Shown here piece after piece: positions 28,861 through 37,387 of a DNA stretch of 64,000 nt. The stretch's first letter is position 1. The number at the start of each line of letters is the position of its first letter. Under the pieces are notes generated by a model. It searched no databases. It was not told the DNA's origin and was given only the letters and a program-made list of their open reading frames with translations. A program made the position numbers and the translations under genes. This DNA comes from Planctomycetota bacterium (GTDB lineage: Bacteria; Planctomycetota; UBA1135; JAKEFM01): contig DASRRH010000009.1 in NCBI GenBank assembly GCA_035695825.1, positions 87,044-151,043 on the forward strand, given 5' to 3'.

Positions 28861-30945
28861 TCAAGTCGCGGGAGCCGCCGCGGAGCGGGAGGAGAGGCGG
28901 GCGCCGACGTAGAGGAGGCCGACGAGGAGGAGCAGGAACCGGTAGCCCGTGACGAGCGAGAGGTACTCGAGGACGCCCCCGGCGACCGCGCCGAGGAGGT
29001 TCGCGCCGTACTCGCGCGCGAGACCTCCCGACCTCTTGATCGCGGTCCCGAAGAGGAGCCCCGCGCAGAAGATCGGGCTCAAGCCCAACCCCGCGAAGAA
29101 GGCCGACTCGAGCCAGCGGTTCTCGATCCGGACCGAGCCGATCGGGAAGAGCGCGTTCAGGCCGAGGAGGGCGAGGAGCGCGGCCGTGACGACCCAGGGC
29201 CGGCGGATCTCGATCCTCGAGACGACGAGGGTCGCGGCGAGGGCGAGGACGAGGATCGAGGCGATCACCGCCGACGCGACGGCCCAGGTCGAGCCCCAGA
29301 GCAGCCCGAACTGGACGATCGACTTCGTCTCGAGGAGGAGGAATCCCGCCCCGAGGAAGAAACACTCCCAGGACCATCGGCCGGGCGCGCGGCGGAGCGC
29401 GCCGAGGATCGAGGCCCCCGAGATCGCCAGCACGAACGCGAGCACGACCAGGTAGTGGGCAGGGAGGTGGCGGCTCCTCATGTAGAGGAAGGGCCAGTCG
29501 TCGCTCGTCGGGGGGACGGAGGCGTCGCGCTGGAGGAGCCGGCCGGGGCTCGTCTCCCGCGCGTGGCCGTAGGCGAGGACGCGGTCGGGGATCGGGGGGA
29601 AGTCGGTCCGGCCCCGCAGCCTCGGCCCGGCCAGCATCACGGCGAGCCAGGAACGGCGCTCGTGGACCTGGACGCGCGGCTCCTCCCCGAAGGCCGAGGA
29701 CGCCAGGCTCGCGAGCCGGTCGACCAGCCACTTCTCCCGGAAGTAGTTGTAGAGGCAGAGGAGGCCGTTCGGCTTGAGGACGTCCCGCACTGCGCGGAAC
29801 GACTCCTCCGTGAAGAGGAAGCTCTCGAGCCGCACGCTCGAGAAGGAGGACTGGACCGTCAGGGAGTCGACGAGGCCGAAGACGACGAGGTCGTAGCGCC
29901 GCCCCGTCGTCCGCAGGAAGTGGCGCGCGTCGTCGCAGACCCGGGTGACGCGCGGGTCGTCGTACGGGCGTTCCGGGTGGAGCTCGGCGCCGAGCCGCAG
30001 GATCACGGGATCGATCTCGACCGCGTCGACGCGCTTCGCCCCGTGACGGAGCGCCGCCGCGACGTCGGTGCCGCTCCCCGCGCCGAGGATCAGCACGTCC
30101 TCGAAGGAGTCCCCGAAGGCCGCGTAGGGCCACTCGTAGAAGTACTCCTTCCTCTCGAGGGGCGCCATCGACTGGTGGAAGATCGCGTTCACCTCGAGGA
30201 CGGTCTCGTCGGCCTCCTTCCGCACCGTGATCCGCGAGTAGGGGGACCAGAGGCTGTCGGGAGCCAAACCGTGGACGAGGGGGACGGAGGCGAGGAGGAG
30301 GGCCCCGTTCGCGAGAGTGACCGGGAGGCGCGCCCGCCCGAGAAACGGGAACCCGAGCAGGGCGGCGCCGAAGAACCAGAAACCGGCGGGCTGCTCGTAG
30401 GACGAGAAGAGGCCGAAGGCGCCGACCCCGACCAGGCTCCCCGCCACGTTCCACGCGTAGGCCCGGAGCGCGGGGAGGCGGTTCATCTCCCGCCCCATTC
30501 CCTGGGCCAGCGCGGCGAAGAAGGCGGCGATCCCGACGAAGAGGACCGGCAGGAGGATCCAGGTCTGGACGACGAGTCGGTTCTCCGTCGTGCCGCTCGA
30601 GAAGTAGATCTCGGTCGCGGTCGGGACCGCGACCTCGAGCCGCAGCGCCGCGACCGCGATGAGGATCCCGAGGAGGAGGCTCGGGAACAGGGGAAGGAGA
30701 TTGCGCCTCGAGCGGGCGAGGAGACACCCGAGCCCGATCCCGAGGAAGGAGGCGAGCAGGATCAGGTTCGAGAAGTAGGCGAGGAGCCGGACCTGCGAGG
30801 GGAGCCAGCGGATGAGCGCGACCTCGTAGAAGAGGACGAGGAAGGACCCGAGGAAGACGCGGGCGGGGGAGGGGCGTTCCCCCGAGGGAGCGCCACTCGG
30901 TCGGGGCTTCTCCGGCCTCGTCAGGACGTCCGTTTCGGCAGCCAA
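28861..30945 (-). CDS. Fused polytopic membrane / spermidine-synthase-like (SAM-MTase fold) protein
   Basis: N-terminal TM block FLGSFLVLFYEVALIRWLP... The core has VLILGAGSGTDVAAALRHGAKRVDAVEIDPVILRLG and LVVFGLVDS. A C-terminal TM block follows. There is no ATG/GTG before the first TM helix. Candidate starts are TTG 30945 (25-nt overlap with the upstream gene) or CTG 30924 (CTGA overlap). Confidence 0.75.
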   Translation of the reverse strand: MAAETDVLTRPEKPRPSGAPSGERPSPARVFLGSFLVLFYEVALIRWLPSQVRLLAYFSNLILLASFLGIGLGCLLARSRRNLLPLFPSLLLGILIAVAALRLEVAVPTATEIYFSSGTTENRLVVQTWILLPVLFVGIAAFFAALAQGMGREMNRLPALRAYAWNVAGSLVGVGAFGLFSSYEQPAGFWFFGAALLGFPFLGRARLPVTLANGALLLASVPLVHGLAPDSLWSPYSRITVRKEADETVLEVNAIFHQSMAPLERKEYFYEWPYAAFGDSFEDVLILGAGSGTDVAAALRHGAKRVDAVEIDPVILRLGAELHPERPYDDPRVTRVCDDARHFLRTTGRRYDLVVFGLVDSLTVQSSFSSVRLESFLFTEESFRAVRDVLKPNGLLCLYNYFREKWLVDRLASLASSAFGEEPRVQVHERRSWLAVMLAGPRLRGRTDFPPIPDRVLAYGHARETSPGRLLQRDASVPPTSDDWPFLYMRSRHLPAHYLVVLAFVLAISGASILGALRRAPGRWSWECFFLGAGFLLLETKSIVQFGLLWGSTWAVASAVIASILVLALAATLVVSRIEIRRPWVVTAALLALLGLNALFPIGSVRIENRWLESAFFAGLGLSPIFCAGLLFGTAIKRSGGLAREYGANLLGAVAGGVLEYLSLVTGYRFLLLLVGLLYVGARLSSRSAAAPAT

Positions 30946-31667
30946 AGGTCGAGGAGGATCCCCGCCGCAGCGAGGACGGAGAGGAGGTTGAAGAGGGTCC
31001 CGGAGACGAGGAGGACGTCGAGGAAAACTTCGCCCCCGCGCGCGAGCCACCAGGAGGCGAGGTCGAGGAAGAGGGAGAGGCCGAGGAGGAAGACACCGCC
31101 GTGGACGAGGGGGCGAGGCCAGCGGGTGCCGAGGGAGAGCGCGCCGAGGAGGATCGCGAGCGAGCCGAGGGCGAGGGCGTGCGTGTGGGTCGAGGCGGCG
31201 AGGATCTTCGCGTCCGTCGGGCGGACGTCCCTCGAGACCGCAGCCGCCTTGACGTCGTCCCAGAAGTCGAGAGTCGGCGGCTCGGAGGCGGCCCCCGCGC
31301 GCCGCGAGTGGCAGGAGAGGCAGGCGTGCGAGAGGACCTCCGCCGGCGCGGCGTCGCCTAGCTCGGGGCTGTCGTAGTCCTCGGCGAGCCGGGAGCCGCG
31401 GAGCCAGGAGAGGAGGGCCTGGCGCTCCTTGTCCGCCAGCTCTCGCGGGTGGCCCCGTTCGAGCGCGACGAGGAGCGGGGCGCGCGCCCGGATGCCCCGG
31501 TAGGCACCCCGCAGGTCGTCGATCGAGAGCCCCGGCCGGTCGTCGCGGTTCGCGTGGTGGAACCGCAGGTGCGCCGCGGACGCGGCGAACCCCCCGAGGA
31601 TCGAGAGGAGGAGGAAGGAGAGGCCGGCGCGGACGCTCGCCGGCAGGTCGCGGAGTCGTCCCTCCAC
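30921..31667 (-). CDS. Four-TM membrane protein with a single CxxCH motif
   Basis: GTG 31667 lies 3 nt after the upstream stop. TM segments are GLSFLLLSILGGFAASAAHL, ALALGSLAILLGALSL, GGVFLLGLSLFLDLASWWL and LLVSGTLFNLLSVLAAAGILL. The loop after TM1 contains SHACLSCHSRR. Confidence 0.7.
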   Translation of the reverse strand: MEGRLRDLPASVRAGLSFLLLSILGGFAASAAHLRFHHANRDDRPGLSIDDLRGAYRGIRARAPLLVALERGHPRELADKERQALLSWLRGSRLAEDYDSPELGDAAPAEVLSHACLSCHSRRAGAASEPPTLDFWDDVKAAAVSRDVRPTDAKILAASTHTHALALGSLAILLGALSLGTRWPRPLVHGGVFLLGLSLFLDLASWWLARGGEVFLDVLLVSGTLFNLLSVLAAAGILLDLWLPKRTS

Positions 31668-31670
31668 CCG

Positions 31671-32909
31671 TCAGTCCACCTTGAGGACGCTCTCCCCGAT
31701 CTCGACGGTCTCCCCCGTCGAGACCGCCCGGTGGGCGAGGATGCCGACGGCGGTCGCGCGGTACCCCTCCTCCGCGCCGCAGACGACCGCCTCCCCCTGC
31801 GCGACGCTCTTCAGGAAGGCCTCGACCGCGTAGTAGAGGGGCGGCTGCGGGAGCCCGACCCCTTCCTTGAGCTTCCCCTGGGCCGCGAGCTTCGTCGCGT
31901 CGGCGATCAGCGTGATCCCCTCCTCGTTCCCGAAGCGCTGGCGGTTCGCGTAGACCTCCCAACCCTGCGTCGGCGCGTCGGCCTCCTTGAACATCCATCC
32001 GGCGGTCCAGGCGAGCTTGAGGGTCGCCTGCGCGCCGTGGAAGACCTCGTGCGCCCCCTCGAAGGAATTCGCGAGGCTCGCGGCGTAGGCGAGGCGGACC
32101 CCCTCGGGGAAGGCGAGGTCGAGGAGGACGGTGTCGGGGACCTTCCGCCCGTCGGCGTGGAGCCGGACGGCCCCGCTCCCCCGGACGGAGGCGGGGTAGC
32201 GGCCGACGAACCAGTGGAAGACGTCGAACTGGTTCGTCCCGAGCTCCCCCTCGAGGCCGAGGGTGACCTCGGGGTCGAGCCTCCAGTTGAGCGAGCGCTC
32301 GCGCGCGGGGTCGGCGGCGGGGACGCGCCAGGAGGTCTTCCGGTAGTGCTGCGCGCGCATCGAGACGAGGTCGCGGCCCGCGTCCGAGCGGAAGAAGGAC
32401 CAGGCGAGGCGGTAGACCGGGTTCGCGCGCGCCTGGAGCCCCGACTGGAAGACCGACTTGGAGGATCGCGCCCCCTTCGCGATCGCGCGGGCGTCCTCGA
32501 GGGTCGAGGCGATCGGAGCCTCGCAGTAGACGGCCTTCCCCGCCGCGAGGAGGTCCTCGACGATCGAGCGGTGGAGGTGGGTCGGGGTGGAGACGAAGAC
32601 CGCCCGCAGGTCCTTCTTGCGTTCGAGCATCGCGCGGTGGTCCGCGAACCCCTCGACGCCGGAGGCGCGGCGCGCGCCCGACTCGAGGCGGGAGGGATCG
32701 ACGTCGCAGAGGGCGGTCACGCGCGCCCCGTCGAGCTTCTGGAGCTCCCCGAGGATCGCCCTCCCCTGGCGACCGACCCCGACGACCGCGATCTCGACGG
32801 GCTCGTCCGGCGCGAAGGGGGAGAGGTCCTCGAGCGCGGGGACGAGGGAGATCGCGGCGAGCGCGCCCCCCGCCTCGACGATGAACTCCCGGCGGCTCGG
32901 CTCGCTCAT
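31671..32909 (-). CDS. Gfo/Idh/MocA-like protein with twin-arginine leader and atypical EAP motif
   Basis: ATG 32909 overlaps the ApbE stop (ATGA). Leader is MSEPSRREFIVEAGGALAAISLVPA and Rossmann block is IAVVGVGRQGRA. The usual EKP motif reads AVYCEAPIA. Confidence 0.8.
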   Translation of the reverse strand: MSEPSRREFIVEAGGALAAISLVPALEDLSPFAPDEPVEIAVVGVGRQGRAILGELQKLDGARVTALCDVDPSRLESGARRASGVEGFADHRAMLERKKDLRAVFVSTPTHLHRSIVEDLLAAGKAVYCEAPIASTLEDARAIAKGARSSKSVFQSGLQARANPVYRLAWSFFRSDAGRDLVSMRAQHYRKTSWRVPAADPARERSLNWRLDPEVTLGLEGELGTNQFDVFHWFVGRYPASVRGSGAVRLHADGRKVPDTVLLDLAFPEGVRLAYAASLANSFEGAHEVFHGAQATLKLAWTAGWMFKEADAPTQGWEVYANRQRFGNEEGITLIADATKLAAQGKLKEGVGLPQPPLYYAVEAFLKSVAQGEAVVCGAEEGYRATAVGILAHRAVSTGETVEIGESVLKVD

Positions 32910-33820
32910 CGGGCCTGGAAGAGGTCCGCCTCCGGCCCCTCGATCCGCCACTCCGCGTTCGCCCCGAGGATCGCGGAGGTCAGGTCGGAGGGGGCCCCCG
33001 GCGGCCTTCGCCCGAGGACGAGGAGGGCGGTCGTCCACCCGTCCGCGAGACGGGCCGAGGGGGAAATCGCCGCGGCCGCCCGGGCGCGCGCGGCGGGGGA
33101 GCCCGTCATCGGGTCAAGGACGTGGCCGAGCCGGATCCCCTCGCGCTCGACGACCCGGCCGTGGGGAGCCGAGACGGAGAGGGCGCGGTCGCGCAGGATC
33201 GCGGCGAGGGGAGGCGAGGTGCCGTCCTCCGCGCCGCGGACCGCGACCCGCCAGCCCGCCGTGCCCGGCGGCGCGCCGATGCCGACGACGCTGCTCGTCC
33301 CGCCGTGGAGGAGGGCGCAGTCGATCCCCGCGGCGCGGAGCCGGGCCGCGGCGAGGTCGAGGGCGTGCCCCTTCCCGATCCCTCCGAGGTCGAGGGAGAC
33401 GCCGCGCCGGAGGAACCGGACGGTCCCGCGGTCGCGGTCGAGGACGAGGAGGTCCAACCCGACCCGGGAGAGGGCGGCGGGGACCCTCTCGGAAGCCGCT
33501 TCGCCCTCCGCGCGGAACCCGAGAGCCTGCATCAGGGGCGCGACGGTCGGGTCGAACGCTCCCCCCGAATCGCGGTGGATCGCCCGGCAGGCCTCGAGGA
33601 GGTCGAAGGTCTCCGGGTCGAGCCGCACGGGAGCCTCGGCGGCGCGGGCGTTCACGCGCGCGAGGAGGCTCTCCCGCCGGAAGAGGCTGAGCCTCCGGTC
33701 CTCCTCCTCGACCTCGGCGAGGGCCTCCTCTCCCGCCGCGCGCAGCCGCGCCTCCCCCTCCCCCGCGAGGACCGCCTCGAAGCGCGTGCCCATCGCGTGC
33801 GTCGCCGCGACGACGATCAA
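32906..33820 (-). CDS. apbE: FAD:protein FMN transferase (ApbE family), no signal peptide or lipobox
   Basis: THAMGTRFEAVL lies near the N-terminus. Other motifs are SLFRRESLLARVNA and the hallmark LDLGGIGKGHALD. TTG 33820 overlaps the upstream stop (TTGA). No hydrophobic leader exists in any upstream in-frame extension. Confidence 0.8.
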   Translation of the reverse strand: MIVVAATHAMGTRFEAVLAGEGEARLRAAGEEALAEVEEEDRRLSLFRRESLLARVNARAAEAPVRLDPETFDLLEACRAIHRDSGGAFDPTVAPLMQALGFRAEGEAASERVPAALSRVGLDLLVLDRDRGTVRFLRRGVSLDLGGIGKGHALDLAAARLRAAGIDCALLHGGTSSVVGIGAPPGTAGWRVAVRGAEDGTSPPLAAILRDRALSVSAPHGRVVEREGIRLGHVLDPMTGSPAARARAAAAISPSARLADGWTTALLVLGRRPPGAPSDLTSAILGANAEWRIEGPEADLFQAR

Positions 33821-35154
33821 GGGCTGGGGAGGAGCGGCCGGGCGGTGAGCCTCTGCGGGTCGAAGGCGAAGGCGCACCCCTCCCACATCGAGCGCGTGGC
33901 GAGGTCGACGATCACCATCACCTTCGTGCCGAGCTCGACCCCGCTCGCGGGGGCCTGGCGCGTCCGGATCGCGCGAAACCAGTCGAGGCGGTGGCGGTCC
34001 TGGTCGTCGCCGATGTCGGGGCACTCGATCCGCTGCTCCTCGACCTCCTCCGCGAAGAGGCGCTCCGGGCGGAGCACGCAGTGGTGGCTCCCGAGGTAGA
34101 GGTTCGCCTTGTGCCCCCGGATCATCGGCTCGACCCCGGTCTCGTTCGCCGTCGAGCCGGCGACGACGAGGGTGTGCTCCTTCTCGAACTCGACGGTGAG
34201 GTTCACCTGGTCGTGATTCTCCATCGCCTTGTCGACGTAGTGGCCCCCCGAGGCGGTCACGCGGACGGGCCAGCCCATGTCGAGGGCCTGGACCATCGGG
34301 GTCATCACGTGGACGAGGAGGTCCCCGATGATCCCCGTCGAGAACCTCCGGTAGCGGCGCCACCGGGCGTAGACCTCGGGGTTCCAGGGCTGGGGGCCGA
34401 GGGGCCCGCACCACGCCTCCCAGTCGAGGCTCTCTCCGGGCACCCACGCGGGGTCGATCTTGTAGTAGAGCCACTCCCCGTTCTTCGAGTTCCGGCAGTA
34501 CCCCGTCTGGCTCGAGGTCGGCTTCCCGATCGCCCCCTCCGCGATCAGCCGCTTCGCCTCGCGCCACTTCGGGAACTGCACCTGCTGCGTGCCGACCTGG
34601 AAGACGCGCTCGGGGTGGGCGTTCACGACCTCGCGGAGGCGAAGCGCGTCGGCGAGGTTCCGGGTCATCGGCTTCTCGAGGTAGACGTCCTTCCCCGCGA
34701 GGATCGCGTCGACCCCCATCGCCCCGTGCCAGTGCTCGGGGCTCGCGATCAGCACGCCGTGGAGGTCCTCGCGCTTCAGGAGCTCCCGGTAGTCGCGGTA
34801 GACGTCGACCGCGGAGCCCTGCTTCTCCGCGCAGATCTTCTGCGCCTTCTCGAGGCGGGGCCTGCAGACGTCCGCGAGGGCGCGGATCTCGACCTTCGCC
34901 TCTCCCGCCGCGACGAGGCCGAGGATCGACTCGCAGTGGCCGGTCCCCATCCCCCCCGTCCCGATCACGCCGATCCGGATCGGGTCCTCGTCGCGGATCC
35001 AGGCTCCGGCGGCCGCGACGGAGGCGTCCGAGCGCCGGGGAATCGAGCAGCCTCCGAGGAGGGCGGCCGCGCCGGCGGCCGCCGCCGTCTCCGTCAGGAA
35101 CTCGCGCCTCGAAGGGGCGCGGACGGGGTCGAGCGAAGAAGGGGTGCCTTCCAT
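33817..35154 (-). CDS. Gfo/Idh/MocA family oxidoreductase with twin-arginine leader
   Basis: ATG 35154 (GAGGAG upstream) gives MEGTPSSLDPVRAPSRREFLTETAAAAGAAALLGGCS. Motifs are IRIGVIGTGGMGTGH and DVYLEKPMT. Confidence 0.85.
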   Translation of the reverse strand: MEGTPSSLDPVRAPSRREFLTETAAAAGAAALLGGCSIPRRSDASVAAAGAWIRDEDPIRIGVIGTGGMGTGHCESILGLVAAGEAKVEIRALADVCRPRLEKAQKICAEKQGSAVDVYRDYRELLKREDLHGVLIASPEHWHGAMGVDAILAGKDVYLEKPMTRNLADALRLREVVNAHPERVFQVGTQQVQFPKWREAKRLIAEGAIGKPTSSQTGYCRNSKNGEWLYYKIDPAWVPGESLDWEAWCGPLGPQPWNPEVYARWRRYRRFSTGIIGDLLVHVMTPMVQALDMGWPVRVTASGGHYVDKAMENHDQVNLTVEFEKEHTLVVAGSTANETGVEPMIRGHKANLYLGSHHCVLRPERLFAEEVEEQRIECPDIGDDQDRHRLDWFRAIRTRQAPASGVELGTKVMVIVDLATRSMWEGCAFAFDPQRLTARPLLPSP

Positions 35155-35364
35155 GGGGGCTCCTCGGTCTCTCCGGGGGGATTCCTCGCGGTCCGGCAGA
35201 GTGGGGAGCGTATCGGTCTCCGCTTCCGGGCGGAAGCGACCGGGGCCTTCCGGCCTCGCTCCGCGACAGGGTCCGCCAACGTCTCCCGGAGGCGTCCGTA
35301 GGCTGGCTCGGATTCCCGCCGCGCCTCCCCCCGACCGGGGGGGCCGGGTTCCGAGAGTGGTCCC

Positions 35365-37098
35365 ATGCTCGCGACGGCGCTCGCCTCGTTCCTCCTCCCT
35401 CCCCTCGGCGCGGCCCGGCAGCCGGACCTCCGCCTCGTCGAGACGGTCCAGGGCGAGGTCGGGAAGGGGATCGACGAGACGATCTCCCGTCTCGAGAAGT
35501 TCGGCTTCTCGGGGGTCGGCCTCGTCGCGAGGGGAGGGGAGGTCCTCCTCGCGAAGGGGTACGGGCTCGCCGACTGCGAGAAGGGGGTCCCCTGCACGGT
35601 CGAGACCGTCTTCTCGGTCGGCTCGATCACGAAGCAGTTCACCGCCGCCGCGATCCTCAAGCTCGAGATGGAGGGGAAGCTCGCGGTGGAGGATCCGATC
35701 TCGAAGCACCTCCCGGGCGTCCCTCCCGACAAGGCGGGGATCACCCTCCACCACCTCCTCACGCACTCCTCGGGGCTCCGCTCCGACTTCGCCGAGGGGG
35801 ACTTCGAACCGGTCGGGAGAGAGGAGTACGTGCGGCGGGCCCTCGCCTCGCCCCTCCTCTTCGAGCCGGGGACTTCGTACGCGTACTCGAACGCGGGCTA
35901 CTCCCTCCTCGGCGCGATCGTCGAGCTGCGCTCCGGGAAGGGCTACGAGGCCTACCTGCGCGCCGCCCTCTTCGAGCCCGCCGGGATGCTCCGGACCGGG
36001 TACCGGATCCCGAAGTGGAGGCCCGAGGACCTCCTCGTCGGCTACCGAGCCGGAGAGCGGTGGGGGACGATCCTCGAGAGGCCGATGGCGGAGGACGGCC
36101 CCTACTGGGCTCTGCGGGCGAACGGGGGGATCCACACGACGCTCGGGGACATGCTCCGCTGGCACCTCGCGCTCGAGGGGGACGCGGTCCTCTCCACGGA
36201 GGCCCGCCGGAAGCTCTTCACTCCCCACGTCGCCGAGGGCCCCGAGGGCCGGTCGCACTACGGCTACGGCTGGGCGATCTTCAAGACCCCGCGGGGGACG
36301 AAGCTCGTCGCCCACAACGGGGGGAACGGGATCTTCGCGGCCGACTTCCGCCGCTACGTCGACGAGGGGGCGCTGCTCCTCCTCGCCTCCTCGAACGCCG
36401 AGATGCCGGCGATCGCCCTCTCGAACCACGTGGCGCGGATCCTCTTCGGGGACCGCGAGCCTCTTCCCCCCCGCGTCGTCGACCTCGATCGGGCGGGCCT
36501 CAAGCGCTGCGCGGGGAACTACCGGCTCCCTTCGGGCTCCTCGATCCGCGTGGACGCGCGCGAGCGGGGCCTCGCGCTCGGGGCCTCGCAGCCCGACGCG
36601 CTGGCGCTCCTCCTCGGCGCCGGCGCGGGGGGAGAGCTCGCGACGCGCGTCGAGGCGATCGTGCGGAGCGCCTCGGCGGGGGACTTCGCTGCGCTCCACG
36701 CCGCGGTCCGCGCGAGCGTCCCCGTCGCGGCGTTCGCCGAGGCGGAGGCGTCGGTCTGGTCGCGCTGGAAGGCCGAGCTCGGGGCGTTCCGCGCCGTGAA
36801 GGCGGTCGCCCGGCCGGGGCGCGAAGGGATCGTGCGCGCCTTCGCCTGCCTCGAGTTCGAGAAGGGGACCCGGCTCCTCGAGGAGGAGTGGGACGAGGGG
36901 GTCCTCGCCAGCGTCCGCGTCCGCGAGGAGCCCCTGACGCGCGAGATCTTCCCCGAGTCGGCGCTCGGTTTCGTCGCCTTCGACCTCCCGCGGTGGGAGA
37001 CCTGGCGCGTCCGGTTCGAGGTCGACGCCTACGGCGCTCCGGCGCGGCTCGTCCTCCCGGCGGAGGGGGGCGAGGTCGCCGCCGTCCGCAAGCCGTGA
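35365..37098 (+). CDS. Serine hydrolase, beta-lactamase (class C/PBP-like) fold, with about 200-aa C-terminal extension
   Basis: The SxxK motif occurs in FSVGSITKQFTAAAILKL; YSNAGYSLLG is also present. It is a paralog of 45019..46773. Confidence 0.85.
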   Translation: MLATALASFLLPPLGAARQPDLRLVETVQGEVGKGIDETISRLEKFGFSGVGLVARGGEVLLAKGYGLADCEKGVPCTVETVFSVGSITKQFTAAAILKLEMEGKLAVEDPISKHLPGVPPDKAGITLHHLLTHSSGLRSDFAEGDFEPVGREEYVRRALASPLLFEPGTSYAYSNAGYSLLGAIVELRSGKGYEAYLRAALFEPAGMLRTGYRIPKWRPEDLLVGYRAGERWGTILERPMAEDGPYWALRANGGIHTTLGDMLRWHLALEGDAVLSTEARRKLFTPHVAEGPEGRSHYGYGWAIFKTPRGTKLVAHNGGNGIFAADFRRYVDEGALLLLASSNAEMPAIALSNHVARILFGDREPLPPRVVDLDRAGLKRCAGNYRLPSGSSIRVDARERGLALGASQPDALALLLGAGAGGELATRVEAIVRSASAGDFAALHAAVRASVPVAAFAEAEASVWSRWKAELGAFRAVKAVARPGREGIVRAFACLEFEKGTRLLEEEWDEGVLASVRVREEPLTREIFPESALGFVAFDLPRWETWRVRFEVDAYGAPARLVLPAEGGEVAAVRKP

Positions 37099-37166
37099 GC
37101 ATCGACCGGCCCGTCGGGAGCTTGCCGGTGCGGGCGACGCTCGCGCCGCGCGCCTGATCCGGGCTC

Positions 37167-37191
37167 CCAGCGCGCCCATCCCCCGCGCTGG
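37167..37191 (+). terminator. Hairpin downstream of the serine hydrolase gene (8-bp perfect stem)
   Basis: CCAGCGCG (37167-37174) pairs with CGCGCTGG (37184-37191) across a 9-nt loop. There is no U-tract. Confidence 0.35.
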
Positions 37192-37387
37192 CGAACGGGA
37201 CCGGCCCAGGTTTTGCGGATACCTGCCTCCCGTGCGAGACCCCTCGGTCGAGCCGCCTAGTCCCCCGTCTGGGAAACGAGGGCCGTCCGGACGTCATCGG
37301 GTTGGATCTCCGGAGGCGGTTCGCGTTCCTCGCCGGGAACATGGTTCCTGGGAAGGATACGGCCAAGTCTCGCGAGGGAGCCTGACC

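Noticed and set aside
30946-31050. GTG 31050 as the start of the SpeE-like membrane protein
   Set aside because: It would overlap the upstream gene by 130 nt and would add a Pro/Arg-rich, non-protein-like N-terminus. TTG 30945 or CTG 30924 are more plausible.
26452-31377. Largest ORF in the track (1641 aa, plus strand), together with similar giants at 4..1920, 2484..4643, 8563..12267, 16428..19550, 39158..41212 and 61155..63791
   Set aside because: They are R/P/G/E/D-rich low-complexity translations with no motifs. They run antisense or out of frame to genes that have clear family signatures. This is the expected stop-codon depletion of a very GC-rich genome.
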